Notes under the pieces: generated by a model | The model's database searches: none | The model's input: the letters and a program-made list of their open reading frames with translations, nothing else | Told to the model about the DNA's origin: nothing | In this document: piece after piece, positions 54,754 through 64,000 of the stretch | Layout of the letters: every line of letters starts with the position of its first letter | Numbering within the stretch: the stretch's first letter is position 1 | Assembly: GCA_018712985.1 (NCBI GenBank) | Contig: DVGA01000048.1 | Location: forward strand, 2,576 to 66,575 | Direction: 5' to 3' | Origin: Candidatus Scatomorpha intestinavium | GTDB lineage: Bacteria > Bacillota > Clostridia > Oscillospirales > Oscillospiraceae | DNA: 64,000 nt | Made by a program: the position numbers and the translations under genes

Positions 54754-57700
54754 CTATTTTACGACCACGTTTTCGCTCCCGAGCATCTCGCCGAGCTCCC
54801 CGACCAGCGAGGGGTGTATACCGCACTCGGCGCCCACGCGCCTGCCCGTGTCGGCAAACACGACTATCATCCGCTCGCGCCCGGGGAACATCTCGCACAG
54901 CAACTCGATCCGCCGCATGACTTTGGCGTCGTAGCTCGGCAATCGCAGCCAGAGCTTGCGCTCCTTCGGCGGGGCCTCGTCCGTGCCGCCGGGGCCGAGG
55001 TCGGAGAGCGGCCGGATAGTGTCCACCATCAGCTGCGGCTCCTTCTCGTCGCGCACGCTTATGCGCCCGCTGACCAGCAGCGCCGCGTTCGCGGCCACAT
55101 AGCCTCCGCCTGTGTCCAGCGCCCGCTGGAAGGCCAGCAGCTCCATCGTGCCCGTGTCGTCCTCGAGCTGGATGTAGGCCATCAGCGTGCCGTTTTTCGT
55201 CGTGCGGGTGCGGCTGGACTCCACGACGCCCGCGAGCGTGACGTGCTGCCCGTCCATATATTCCTGCGGCCCCGCCTCATTTGCAAAGTCGTCCAGGATC
55301 GGGCCTATCGGCACCGCCCCCGCGTGCCGGGCGGCGTCGCGGTATTCGTCCATCGGGTGCCCGGAGAGATAGAGGCCCGTCATCTCCTTCTCCATCGCCA
55401 TCAGCTCGCGGCGGTCGAACTCCTCCACGTCGGGCACGGGCACAAGCGTGGCCTCGTCCGGGTCGCCCTCCTCGATGCCGAAAAGGTCGTACTGCCCGGC
55501 GATGTTGCCGCGCCCGTCCGCGGCTATGCTCTCGAGTATCAGGTCGAGCATCTGCAGCATCGCCCGCCGCTTCAGGCCCAGGCTGTCGAGCGCGCCGGAT
55601 TTTATCAGGCTTTCAACCGCGCGGCGGTTGAGCTCCTTGCCGCTCATTCGGCGGCAGAACTCCTCGAGCCCGCGGAACGGGCCGTTGCTCTCCCGCTCCG
55701 CCACGAGCAGGCTGATGAACTTCGCGCCGATGTTCTTGATCGCCGTCAGGCCGAAGCGTATGTTCCTCCCCGCGACGGTGAAGTACGCCCCGGACTCGTT
55801 CACGTCCGGCGGCAGGACCTTTATGCCCAGCTCCCGGCACTCGCCGATGTATTCCGCCACCTTTGTGGAGGAATCGAGCACGCTGGTGAGCAGCGCGGCC
55901 ATGTATTCGCGCGGGTGGTGGCACTTCATGTACGCCGTGCGGTAGGCCACGATGGCGTAGGCCACGGCGTGCGCCTTGTTGAAGGCGTAGCTTGCGAAGT
56001 CGAGTATCTCGTCGTATATGCTGTTCGCCACGGCCTCGCTTATGCCGTTGGCCACGCAGCCGGGGATATTGCGCTTTTCGTCGCCGTGGATAAATGCCCG
56101 GCGCTCGGCGTCTATCACCGCGTGCTTTTTCTTGCTCATCGCGCGGCGGATGTTGTCCGCCTGTCCCAGCGAAAAGCCCGCGAGGCGGCGGAAGATCTCT
56201 ATGACCTGCTCCTGATAGACGATGCAGCCGTAGGTTACGGACAGTATCGGCTCGAGCGAGGGGTGCTTGTAGCTTATCTTCTCCGGGTGTGCGCTGTTTT
56301 CAAGGAATTTGGGTATCGAGTCCATCGGCCCGGGCCGGTAGAGCGCTATCACGGCGGTGATGTCCTCTATGCTCTTGGGGCCGAGCCGCGTGCACACGCC
56401 AGTCATGCCCGCGCTCTCGAGCTGGAACACGCCCTCGGTCCTTCCCGCGGAGAGCATGGCGAAGGTGGCCGCGTCGTCATCCGGCAGGGAGTTCACGTCG
56501 AAGCCCGGAATGCGCCGGCGCACCAGCTCCGCCGCGTCCTCGAGCACGGTAAGGTTGCGCAGCCCGAGGAAGTCCATCTTGAGGAGGCCCAGCTCCTCGA
56601 GCGTGGTCATCGGGTACTGCGTCACTACGCTCTCGTCGTTTTTGGCCAGCGGGACGTACTCGTAAACCGGCCGCTCGGTTATCACTACGCCCGCGGCGTG
56701 CGTGCTCGCGTGCCGCGGCATTCCCTCGAGCGCCCGCGCCGTGTCGATCAGCCGGTGCAGCCTCTCGTCGCCGCTGTACATCTCCCGCAGCTGCTTTGAA
56801 AGGCGCATAGCCTCGTCCAGCGTCATGCCGAGGGCGAACGGGACCTGCTTCGCCACGGCGTCGCACTCGGCGTAGCTGATGTCCAGCGCGCGGCCGGTGT
56901 CCCTTATCGCCTGGCGCGCGGCCATGGTGCCGAAGGTGACTATCTGCGCCACGTGGTCGTGGCCGTATTTGCGGTTCACGTAGTCTATGACCTCGCCGCG
57001 CCGCCTGACGCAGAAATCTATGTCTATATCCGGCATGGACACGCGCTCCGGGTTCAGGAAGCGCTCGAAATAGAGGCTGTACTTTATCGGGTCCACGTCG
57101 GTGATGTTCAGGCAGTAGCTGACCACGCTGCCGGCGGCGCTGCCGCGCCCGGGGCCGACGGGTATGCCCTGCCCCTTCGCGTAGCCGATGAAGTCGGAGA
57201 CTATGAGGAAATAGTCCACGAAGCCCATCTGCCTTATCATGTCCAGCTCGTAATCGAGCTGCTTTTTAGCGTCGTCCCGTTCTGGGCCGTAGCGCCGCTC
57301 AAAGCCGCTCCCGCACAGTTTTTTCAGGTATTCAAAGCTGTCCGTCTCCCCCTCCGGCAGCTGGAAGCGCGGCAGGTGGTAGTGGCCGAATACGAAGTCG
57401 TAGCTGCACTTCTGCGCGATAAGCTCCGTGTTGTCCGCCGCCTCCGGCAAGTCGGGGAACAGCGCGCGCATCTCCTCCTCGCTCTTCAGGTAGAACTCCT
57501 GCGTCTCAAAGCGCATCCGCTCAGCCTCGTTCACCGTCTTGCCGGTCTGGATGCACATTAGCACGTCCTGGTAATATGCGTCGCCCTTTTCGATGTAGTG
57601 CGCGTCGTTCGTCAGCGCGAGGGGTATGCCCGTCTCCCGGTGTATGCGGATGAGCCCCGCGGCGGCCTCGTCCTCCTCGGCTATGCCGTGGCGCTGTATT

Positions 57701-58215
57701 TCAAGGTAAAAATCCTCCCCGAAGTGCTCGCGCAGCTCTATTGCGCGCGCCTTCGCCGCCTCGTACTGGCCGGAGACTATCTTCTGAGGTATCTCCCCAG
57801 CCAGGCAACCGGAGAGGCAGACAAGCCCCTCGGAGTGCTCATAGAGCAGCGGCCAGTCTATGCGCGGCTTGACGTAAAAGCCCTCGATGAAGCCCATGGA
57901 GACGAGGTAGCTCAGGTTTCGGTAGCCCGTCTCGTCCTTGCAGAGCAGTATGAGGTGGCTGTACTGGTTGTCCAGGCCGTATTCGCGGTCCGTGCGCGCC
58001 CTGGGCGCCACATACACCTCGCAGCCGATTATGGGCCTGATGCCCTCCGCGCGGCACGCGCGGTAGAAGTTCACCGCACCGTACATGACGCCGTGGTCGG
58101 TTATGGCGAGCGAGGTGAAGCCAAGCTCCTTCGCCCGCTTCACGAGGGGCTCTATCCGGCACTCCCCGTCGAGCAGGCTGTATTCCGTGTGCAGATGCAG
58201 GTGCGTAAAGCCCAT
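54754..58215 (-). CDS. dnaE: DNA polymerase III alpha subunit, DnaE type
   Basis: 1153 aa with an N-terminal PHP domain (HLHLHTEYSLLDG), a pol III alpha core and an OB fold. Confidence 0.95.
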   Translation of the reverse strand: MGFTHLHLHTEYSLLDGECRIEPLVKRAKELGFTSLAITDHGVMYGAVNFYRACRAEGIRPIIGCEVYVAPRARTDREYGLDNQYSHLILLCKDETGYRNLSYLVSMGFIEGFYVKPRIDWPLLYEHSEGLVCLSGCLAGEIPQKIVSGQYEAAKARAIELREHFGEDFYLEIQRHGIAEEDEAAAGLIRIHRETGIPLALTNDAHYIEKGDAYYQDVLMCIQTGKTVNEAERMRFETQEFYLKSEEEMRALFPDLPEAADNTELIAQKCSYDFVFGHYHLPRFQLPEGETDSFEYLKKLCGSGFERRYGPERDDAKKQLDYELDMIRQMGFVDYFLIVSDFIGYAKGQGIPVGPGRGSAAGSVVSYCLNITDVDPIKYSLYFERFLNPERVSMPDIDIDFCVRRRGEVIDYVNRKYGHDHVAQIVTFGTMAARQAIRDTGRALDISYAECDAVAKQVPFALGMTLDEAMRLSKQLREMYSGDERLHRLIDTARALEGMPRHASTHAAGVVITERPVYEYVPLAKNDESVVTQYPMTTLEELGLLKMDFLGLRNLTVLEDAAELVRRRIPGFDVNSLPDDDAATFAMLSAGRTEGVFQLESAGMTGVCTRLGPKSIEDITAVIALYRPGPMDSIPKFLENSAHPEKISYKHPSLEPILSVTYGCIVYQEQVIEIFRRLAGFSLGQADNIRRAMSKKKHAVIDAERRAFIHGDEKRNIPGCVANGISEAVANSIYDEILDFASYAFNKAHAVAYAIVAYRTAYMKCHHPREYMAALLTSVLDSSTKVAEYIGECRELGIKVLPPDVNESGAYFTVAGRNIRFGLTAIKNIGAKFISLLVAERESNGPFRGLEEFCRRMSGKELNRRAVESLIKSGALDSLGLKRRAMLQMLDLILESIAADGRGNIAGQYDLFGIEEGDPDEATLVPVPDVEEFDRRELMAMEKEMTGLYLSGHPMDEYRDAARHAGAVPIGPILDDFANEAGPQEYMDGQHVTLAGVVESSRTRTTKNGTLMAYIQLEDDTGTMELLAFQRALDTGGGYVAANAALLVSGRISVRDEKEPQLMVDTIRPLSDLGPGGTDEAPPKERKLWLRLPSYDAKVMRRIELLCEMFPGRERMIVVFADTGRRVGAECGIHPSLVGELGEMLGSENVVVK

Positions 58216-58217
58216 CG

Positions 58218-59126
58218 CTACTCCTTTCCGCCGGCCGGGGCCATCTCCACTATCTTTTTCAGCCGGTGGCTCAGGCAGGACTTCGTCACCGCCGGGTTCG
58301 AGAGGAGCGCAAGGTCGGCAAGGCTCGCCTCCGGGTTCGCTATGCGCAGCAGCGCGGCCTGCTGCAGGCCCTCGGGCAGGCTGTCCAGGCCGTGCTCGCT
58401 CTCGATGCGCCTTATCGCCGCGAGCTGCTGCTGCGCGGCGGCCACGGTCTTGTCCGCGTTGGCCGTGTCGCAGTTCACCTTCCGGTTTATCTCGTTGCGC
58501 ATGTCCTTTTCCACCTTCGCGGCCATCAGCTCGAGCGCCGCGACGCTCGCGCCGATGCGCGTGAGGAAGTCCGCTATGGCCTCGGACTGCTTGAAATACG
58601 TCACGAACGAGCGCCCGCGCGTGGCCGAGCGCGGCGAAAAGCCGAGCTCGAGCAGCACGGAGTACATCTCGCGGCTCACGCTCATGTGCGAGGTGGCGAG
58701 CTCAAGGTGATAGCCCTTTTCAGGGTCGGTTATGCTCCCCCCGGCGAGGAAGGCGCCGCGGACAAAGCTGGCGCGGCAGCAGTCGCTCTCCAGCACGCCG
58801 AGGTTTATGTGCAGCGCGAGCGTGTCCGTCGCCTCCATGCCGAAGGCGCGGAATATCTCCTCGACCTTCCCGCGCGCGGTTATGGCAAAGCTGCGCTTGC
58901 CCTCCGCGTCCGGCGGCGGCAGCTGGTCGAAGCTTATGCCGAAGGCCCTGCGGAATAGCCGCGGCAGGGCCTCCGCCAGCTCGGCGCTCGCGGTGATTAT
59001 GCGTATCTCCCTCGCGGTGAAGGTATTGCAGTAAAGCAGTATCCCATAGCACTCGGCGAGCGCGCAGCACTTTTTCCGCGGCTCGGAGCGCACGAGCTCC
59101 GCCTTTGCTTCCGATGAAAATGACAT
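58218..59126 (-). CDS. whiA: DNA-binding protein WhiA
   Basis: 302 aa with a LAGLIDADG-like N-domain and a C-terminal HTH. It sits in the conserved rapZ-yvcK-whiA order. Confidence 0.92.
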   Translation of the reverse strand: MSFSSEAKAELVRSEPRKKCCALAECYGILLYCNTFTAREIRIITASAELAEALPRLFRRAFGISFDQLPPPDAEGKRSFAITARGKVEEIFRAFGMEATDTLALHINLGVLESDCCRASFVRGAFLAGGSITDPEKGYHLELATSHMSVSREMYSVLLELGFSPRSATRGRSFVTYFKQSEAIADFLTRIGASVAALELMAAKVEKDMRNEINRKVNCDTANADKTVAAAQQQLAAIRRIESEHGLDSLPEGLQQAALLRIANPEASLADLALLSNPAVTKSCLSHRLKKIVEMAPAGGKE

Positions 59127-59156
59127 CGTTCTCTCCTCTGTACGGCGCAGCGCCGC

Positions 59157-60152
59157 CTATTCGTACACCCTCGTGTGCGACTTTTCGCGGTAGGCCCTGA
59201 GCAGCTCGCGCGCGAGCGCATCCGGGTCGTGACGGACGTATCCCGCCCCCCAGGCCGCCACCGGGGCATAGATGAGCCCCACTCCGAGCTTTGAGACCTC
59301 CTGCGCGTCCACCACGACGGGCTCGGCGCCCTCGCGGCCGTATTTTTCGCGCAGCTCCGCCGGGATCGCGGCGCAGTTGGCGAGGCACCAGTCGAAAAGC
59401 ATCTTTCCGGAGTTTGAAAAAACGGCCTCTATGTGGTCGGAGGCCGTGTAGCCCTCCGTCTCCCCGTCCTGCGTCATGATGTTCAGGACATAGACGCGGA
59501 AGGCGTCCGACCGCGCGACGGCCTCGGCCACGCCGTCGGTCAGCAGGTTCGGCATTATGCTCGTATACAGGCTCCCGGGGCCGAGGACTATCATGTCCGC
59601 GGCGTCTATCGCGCTTATCACCTCGGGCAGGGCCTTCGGGTGCTCCGGCACCAGCCGGACGCGCGCTATGCGCTTGTCGGTGCCCTTTTTGAACTCGGCT
59701 ATCAGCGACTCGCCGAGCACCTCGGTCCCGTCGTCGAAGTCCGCCGCCAGATAGACGCTCTCGTTGGTCACGGGCAGCACCCTGCCGGTTATGGCGAGCA
59801 CCTCGCTCATCTTGCGCACGGCCTCGTCAAAGGTGTCCGACATGCCGTTGAGCGCGGCGAGGAAGAGGTTCCCGAAGCTCTGGCCCTTCAGCACGCCCTC
59901 CGTGAAGCGGTAGGCGAGCAGGCGCTCCATGGTCGGCTCCGTGTTCGCAAGGGCCTGTATGCAGTTGCGCACGTCGCCCGGGGGCGGCATCCCGAGGTCC
60001 TGGCGGAGCATCCCGCTGCCGCCGCCGTCGTCGGCCACGGTCACCACGGCCGTGATGTCCTCCGCGCAGCGCTTGAGTCCGCGGAGCATGGTGGAAAGTC
60101 CGGTCCCCCCGCCTATCACGACTATTTTCGGCCCGGACCGCTCCTTCGCCAT
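59157..60152 (-). CDS. yvcK: YvcK/CofD-like gluconeogenesis factor (UPF0052)
   Basis: Contains IVVIGGGTGLSTMLRGLK. Confidence 0.9.
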   Translation of the reverse strand: MAKERSGPKIVVIGGGTGLSTMLRGLKRCAEDITAVVTVADDGGGSGMLRQDLGMPPPGDVRNCIQALANTEPTMERLLAYRFTEGVLKGQSFGNLFLAALNGMSDTFDEAVRKMSEVLAITGRVLPVTNESVYLAADFDDGTEVLGESLIAEFKKGTDKRIARVRLVPEHPKALPEVISAIDAADMIVLGPGSLYTSIMPNLLTDGVAEAVARSDAFRVYVLNIMTQDGETEGYTASDHIEAVFSNSGKMLFDWCLANCAAIPAELREKYGREGAEPVVVDAQEVSKLGVGLIYAPVAAWGAGYVRHDPDALARELLRAYREKSHTRVYE

Positions 60153-60156
60153 TTTT

Positions 60157-61017
60157 TCAGCCTCCCTTATCGATATCCCGGCAGCTCAGCGTCACGTCCG
60201 CCCCGGCGCGCTTCAGAGCCGATTCCACCGCCCTGGCCACCGCCACGCTGCGGTGCCGCCCGCCGGTGCAGCCGACCGCTATGTTCAGGGTATACTTGCC
60301 CTCCTCCGAATAGAGCGGCAGGAGGAACTTCAGCATCGGCTCGAGCAGCTCCATGAAGCGCTTTGCCCCGTCGCTGCCCAGCACGAAGTCGTACACCGGC
60401 GCGTCCAGGCCCGAGAGGGGCCGCAGCTCCTCCACATAGTACGGGTTCGGCAGGAACCGCACGTCGAACACAAGGTCCGCGTCCATCGGCAGGCCGTATT
60501 TATAGCCGAAGGCCGTCACGGTGACGGCCAGGCTGTGCTTTTTCGAGCCCGTGAGGACGGACGATATGCGGCTCTGCAGCGCCGCGGTCGTGAGCCCGGT
60601 GGTGTTTATTATATAGTCCGCCCTCTCGCGCACGGGCTCGAGCACGGCGGTCTCCCGCCGTATCGCGTCCTCAATCGACTCGCCGGGGCGCATCAGCGGG
60701 TGCCTCCTGCGGGAGGACTTGTAGCGCCGGACTATGGTCTGCACGTCTGCCTCCACGAAGAGTATGCGGTACTCCACCCCCGTGCTCCACAGCCCGTCGA
60801 GGGTGTTCAGCAAATCGGAGAGGCTCTCGCCCTCCCTCACGTCGGTCACGAGGGCGACGCGCTCGTATTTCCCTCCCGCGGCGCGGCAGAGCTCCGCGAA
60901 GCGCGGCAGCAGCGCCACGGGCATGTTGTCCACGCAGTAGTAGTCCATATCCTCGAGTATGTCGGCGGTCAGGCTCTTCCCCGCGCCGGACATGCCGGAA
61001 ATTATAAGGAATTCCAT
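60157..61017 (-). CDS. rapZ: RNase adapter protein RapZ (YvcJ)
   Basis: MEFLIISGMSGAGKS Walker A, with full-length similarity. Confidence 0.92.
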   Translation of the reverse strand: MEFLIISGMSGAGKSLTADILEDMDYYCVDNMPVALLPRFAELCRAAGGKYERVALVTDVREGESLSDLLNTLDGLWSTGVEYRILFVEADVQTIVRRYKSSRRRHPLMRPGESIEDAIRRETAVLEPVRERADYIINTTGLTTAALQSRISSVLTGSKKHSLAVTVTAFGYKYGLPMDADLVFDVRFLPNPYYVEELRPLSGLDAPVYDFVLGSDGAKRFMELLEPMLKFLLPLYSEEGKYTLNIAVGCTGGRHRSVAVARAVESALKRAGADVTLSCRDIDKGG

Positions 61018-61041
61018 ATCTTTCTCCTGTATGGCGTGCGC

Positions 61042-61962
61042 TCAGCCCTCCGGGCCGAGTATCCTGACCTCCGGCTCGAGCGTCACGCCGAAGCGCTCGA
61101 AAACGCGCCGCCGCACCTCGTCTATCAGCGCGGTCACGTCGGCGTAAGTCGCGCCGCCGGCGTTCACTATGAAGCCCGCGTGCTTTTCGCTCACCTTCGC
61201 TGCGCCCACAGAGAGGCCCTTGAGCCCGGCCTGGTCAATCATGGCCGCGGCATAGCCCCCCTCGGGCCGCTTGAAGGTGCTGCCCGCGCTGGGAAGGTCC
61301 AGCGGCTGGCTCGCGCGGCGCCTTTCCGCGAAGGCGCGCATCCGCGCGGATATCTCCTCCCCGTCGCCCGGCTCGAGCCGGAAGGTAGCCGAGACCACCA
61401 GCCGTCCGCTGCCCTCCAGCGCGCTGCGGCGGTATTCAAGCCCCAGCTCCTCCGCCTTGACCGTCTCCGCCGTCCCGTCCGGGGCGAGGACGCGCGCGGA
61501 GACCAGCACGTCTTTTATCTCCCCGCCGTAGGCCCCGGCGTTCATGAAAACGCCGCCGCCCACGCTCCCGGGGATGCCGTGCGCGAACTCCAGACCGGAG
61601 AGCGCTGCCCTCTGCGCGGCCGAGGCCGCGCGGGCCATCGGGCAGCCCGAGCCGGCGGAGAGCGCTCCGTCCCCCTCCGCCGAGACGGAGCCGAGCGCCG
61701 CCGTGCAGAGCACCACGGCGTCGAGCCCTTCGTCCGGCACGAGCAGGTTCGTGCCGCTGCCCACTATGACGGGCCTTACGCCCTCGCCGTGCAGCAGCGC
61801 GAGCAGCCTCGCCGCCTCCGCCTCGTCCTCCGGCAGGCAGAAGGCCCTGGCCGGCCCGCCGATGCGGAAGGAGCTGTGCGCGCTCATCGGCTCGTTTTCG
61901 AGCATGCGCCCTTCGGGGAGCGCCCTTCGCAGCTCCCGGACAAGGCTTTCGCTTAAAGGCAC
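61042..61962 (-). CDS. murB: UDP-N-acetylenolpyruvoylglucosamine reductase
   Basis: 306 aa with an FAD-binding domain (FRIGGPA..GSGTNLL). Confidence 0.93.
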   Translation of the reverse strand: MPLSESLVRELRRALPEGRMLENEPMSAHSSFRIGGPARAFCLPEDEAEAARLLALLHGEGVRPVIVGSGTNLLVPDEGLDAVVLCTAALGSVSAEGDGALSAGSGCPMARAASAAQRAALSGLEFAHGIPGSVGGGVFMNAGAYGGEIKDVLVSARVLAPDGTAETVKAEELGLEYRRSALEGSGRLVVSATFRLEPGDGEEISARMRAFAERRRASQPLDLPSAGSTFKRPEGGYAAAMIDQAGLKGLSVGAAKVSEKHAGFIVNAGGATYADVTALIDEVRRRVFERFGVTLEPEVRILGPEG

Positions 61963-62901
61963 TTAAAAGTCCCTCCCTCTGTTCACCAGCTCGTCGTGCT
62001 CGTTTGCCAGCGCCTGGGCGGCGTTGTAGCCCATCTTCTTCAGCCTGTTGTTCAGCGCGGCCAGCTCGAGTATGACGGCGAGGTTGCGCCCGGGCCGGAC
62101 GGGTATGGTCACCATCGGGACGTTCACGCCGAGGATATCGGTGTACTCCGTCTCCAAACCGAGCCGGTCATAGGCCTTCCCGTCGTCCCAGAGCTCAAAA
62201 TTCACCACGAGGTCTATGCCGCTCTCCGGCTTTATTGAGCCAACGCCGAAGATGTGCCTCGCGTCGATAACGCCTATCCCGCGCAGCTCCATGTAATAGC
62301 GTATGAGCGCCGGGGCGGTCCCCATGAGCGTATTGCGGTTTATCTTCCTTACCTCCACCGCGTCGTCCGCGATCAGTCGGTGCCCGCGCTTGATGAGCTC
62401 GAGCGCGGTCTCGCTCTTGCCCACGCCGGAGTCGCCGGTTATCAGCAGCCCCTCGCCGCTCACCTCAACGAGCACTCCGTGCATGGTAAGGCGCGGCGCC
62501 AGGGCGTTGCGCAGCAGCGTTATCAGGTCTGCCATGAAGGTGGAGGTGTCCTCCTGCGTCACAAGCAGCGTGCGGTCATAGCGCTCTGCCAGCTCGACGC
62601 ACTCCGGCAGGAGCTCTACTCCGTGGCAGGTTATCAGCGCGGAAATATCGAAGCGCATGAAGCGCTCAAGCGCCCTGCGGCGCTCCTCGCTGTCCAGCTG
62701 CTCGAGATACCGGGTTTCGACCCGGCCCATAAGCTGCAGCCGCTTGGGGTCGAAATAGTCGTAAAACCCGGCGAGCTGCAGCGCGGGGCGGTTCACGTCT
62801 GCCGTGGAGATGCGCGCGGTGGCGAAGTCCTTTGAAGCGTGCAGGACGTTCAATCCGAGGTCCTTCACGATGCTGCTCAGGGCTATGGAATATTCGGACA
62901 T
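61963..62901 (-). CDS. hprK: HPr kinase/phosphorylase
   Basis: Has the GDSGVGKSE P-loop and LIADD. Confidence 0.93.
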   Translation of the reverse strand: MSEYSIALSSIVKDLGLNVLHASKDFATARISTADVNRPALQLAGFYDYFDPKRLQLMGRVETRYLEQLDSEERRRALERFMRFDISALITCHGVELLPECVELAERYDRTLLVTQEDTSTFMADLITLLRNALAPRLTMHGVLVEVSGEGLLITGDSGVGKSETALELIKRGHRLIADDAVEVRKINRNTLMGTAPALIRYYMELRGIGVIDARHIFGVGSIKPESGIDLVVNFELWDDGKAYDRLGLETEYTDILGVNVPMVTIPVRPGRNLAVILELAALNNRLKKMGYNAAQALANEHDELVNRGRDF

Positions 62902-62926
62902 GTCTCTGCCCCCTTTCTTATGCTAT

Positions 62927-62955
62927 ATTTTAACCACTTGCCCCTGATTTGGCAA
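62927..62955 (-). promoter_or_regulatory. sigma-A-type promoter of hprK
   Basis: Minus strand: TTGCCA, 17 nt, TAAAAT. Confidence 0.5.
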
Positions 62956-63037
62956 TGGGGAAAATAAGCGGCGCTCCGCCCGCCCCTCTTCCCGCCGCGC
63001 CCCGGCGGGACGGGCCGAAAAATACCAAAAATACAGC

Positions 63038-63066
63038 TTGCATTTGACGTTCGGCTCTGCTACAAT
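63038..63066 (+). promoter_or_regulatory. sigma-A-type promoter of rpmB
   Basis: TTGCAT, 17 nt, TACAAT. Confidence 0.55.
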
Positions 63067-63121
63067 AGATAAGCTGTTTACGGAACAGAGATTTACGATA
63101 AGGAACGGAGGTGCTTCACAA

Positions 63122-63310
63122 ATGGCCAAGTGTGAATTCTGCGGCAAGGATATGGCCTTCGGCATCAAGGTCAGCCATTCCCACAGGCGCTCCAACCGCA
63201 CCTGGAAGCCGAATGTAAAGCGCGTTAAAGCCATAGTGGACGGAAGCCCCAGGCATGTATATGCCTGCACCCGCTGCCTCCGCAGCGGCAAGGTCACCCG
63301 CGCGGTGTGA
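63122..63310 (+). CDS. rpmB: 50S ribosomal protein L28
   Basis: 62 aa from ATG 63122 (MAKCEFCGKDMAFGIKVSHSHRRSNRTWKPN). Confidence 0.95.
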   Translation: MAKCEFCGKDMAFGIKVSHSHRRSNRTWKPNVKRVKAIVDGSPRHVYACTRCLRSGKVTRAV

Positions 63311-63332
63311 CGCTCACAACTGCCCGATGGCA

Positions 63333-63379
63333 AAGCGAGCCGGGAGGGGGAAATCCCCCTCCCGGCTCGCTTTATTATT
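63333..63379 (+). terminator. strong intrinsic terminator after rpmB
   Basis: AAGCGAGCCGGGAGGGGG-AAAT-CCCCCTCCCGGCTCGCTT forms an 18-bp stem followed by TATTATT. Confidence 0.85.
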
Positions 63380-63404
63380 CCTGCGCTTCCTTCAGGGGTG
63401 CGTG

Positions 63405-63434
63405 TTGACAAAAACCGTGGTGCACAGATATACT
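63405..63434 (+). promoter_or_regulatory. sigma-A-type promoter of the endonuclease-like gene
   Basis: TTGACA, 18 nt, TATACT. Confidence 0.5.
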
Positions 63435-63470
63435 TTCCTCATCAACAAATGCACTGTGGGGAGGTTGAAC

Positions 63471-64000
63471 ATGAAATACACGCTTACCGGTAAAAAAATA
63501 GACGAGCTGGCCGGCAATAAAAGGGCCGAATACCCGAAATACACTTCCCAGCTCATAAACATTGCAAATCAAAATGCCCGTGGCACACGTGCGGACGTTG
63601 TAGGGCAGTTGTCGGAACTTTTTGAAGAATTTCGGTCGTCCGGCATGGAAATAACCCTTGAAAACTGGCGCGCCTGGTATATGAAAAGGTACCCTGACAC
63701 CATTGAAGCCTCCGTCCGCAAAATTGAACGCCATGTGGAAAACCTCCGCTGCGCCATGCAGCTCATAGACCACGACCTTATACTGCGCTGGGTCGACGAC
63801 CTTGTCATAGACAAAACATTTGCAGAAGGCCATCCTCGCCTCCCTTGCCGGGCGCCTCGGCTGCGAATACCGCCTTGCAACGCCCGAGGAGGAATCAAAG
63901 GGCATCGACGGCTACGTCGGTGACACAGCCTATTCTGTCAAGCCGGATACATATAGGGCAAAAGCTTCGCTCCCGGAGAGAATAGACGTCAAAATGATCT
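63471..64000 (+). pseudogene. restriction-endonuclease-like (PD-(D/E)xK) gene interrupted by a frameshift; 3' end off window
   Basis: ATG 63471 (SD GGGGAGG) opens MKYTLTGKKIDELAGNKRAEYPKYTSQLINIANQNARGTRADVVGQLSELF..LVIDK. After the A4 run at 63813-63816 the sensible reading (HLQKAILASLAGRLGCEYRLATPEEESKGIDGYVGDTAYSVKPDTY) continues in the +1 frame, while the original frame turns Arg-rich and stops at 63923. Confidence 0.55.

Noticed and set aside
63255-63470. The 72-aa N-terminal extension of the endonuclease-like ORF in the track (start 63255).
   Set aside because: It overlaps the end of rpmB and its strong terminator. A promoter, SD and ATG at 63471 give a sensible start.

Overview
This is a 64-kb chromosomal segment, about 65% GC, from a spore-forming Firmicute. 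The spoIIGA-sigE and spoIIE genes, PolC plus DnaE, and a whiA-yvcK-rapZ cluster point to Clostridia, and an Oscillospiraceae/Ruminococcaceae-like organism is my inference. Almost all of it is core housekeeping DNA. Gene order is as follows. (1) polC-ispG-rseP-dxr-cdsA-uppS-frr-pyrH on the minus strand. (2) A DMT permease, then spoIIGA-sigE, then spoIIE with a coupled small gene. (3) A thiamine salvage cluster (thiW-thiM, thiE, thiD-cytX) with two canonical, divergently transcribed TPP riboswitches, interrupted by an HTH-membrane protein gene. (4) murC, cca, a family-4 UDG, a DUF2156/GNAT pair, and a three-gene unit of unclear function. (5) The complete S10-spc-alpha ribosomal protein superoperon, rpsJ to rplQ, including rpmJ, which is too short for the ORF track. 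(6) A P-type cation ATPase, an M16 peptidase, an XRE-S24 repressor, nth, rarA, DUF951, an orphan gene and dnaE. (7) whiA-yvcK-rapZ-murB-hprK, rpmB, and a frameshifted restriction-endonuclease-like gene at the right edge. I see no CRISPR array, transposase, integrase, prophage block, tRNA/rRNA gene or recognisable defence island. The many long antisense ORFs in the track are high-GC artefacts. The unusual signals are mostly at nucleotide level. The main one is a family of short GC-hairpin 'word' repeats that fills several intergenic gaps, including gaps inside the ribosomal protein operon and the gap upstream of thiD. Others are long structured leaders (thiW, S10 operon, P-type ATPase), a repeat-built membrane domain in the HTH protein, and a repeat-rich C-terminal tail on ribosomal protein S3. 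All calls come from reading the sequence and translations; no database search was run.
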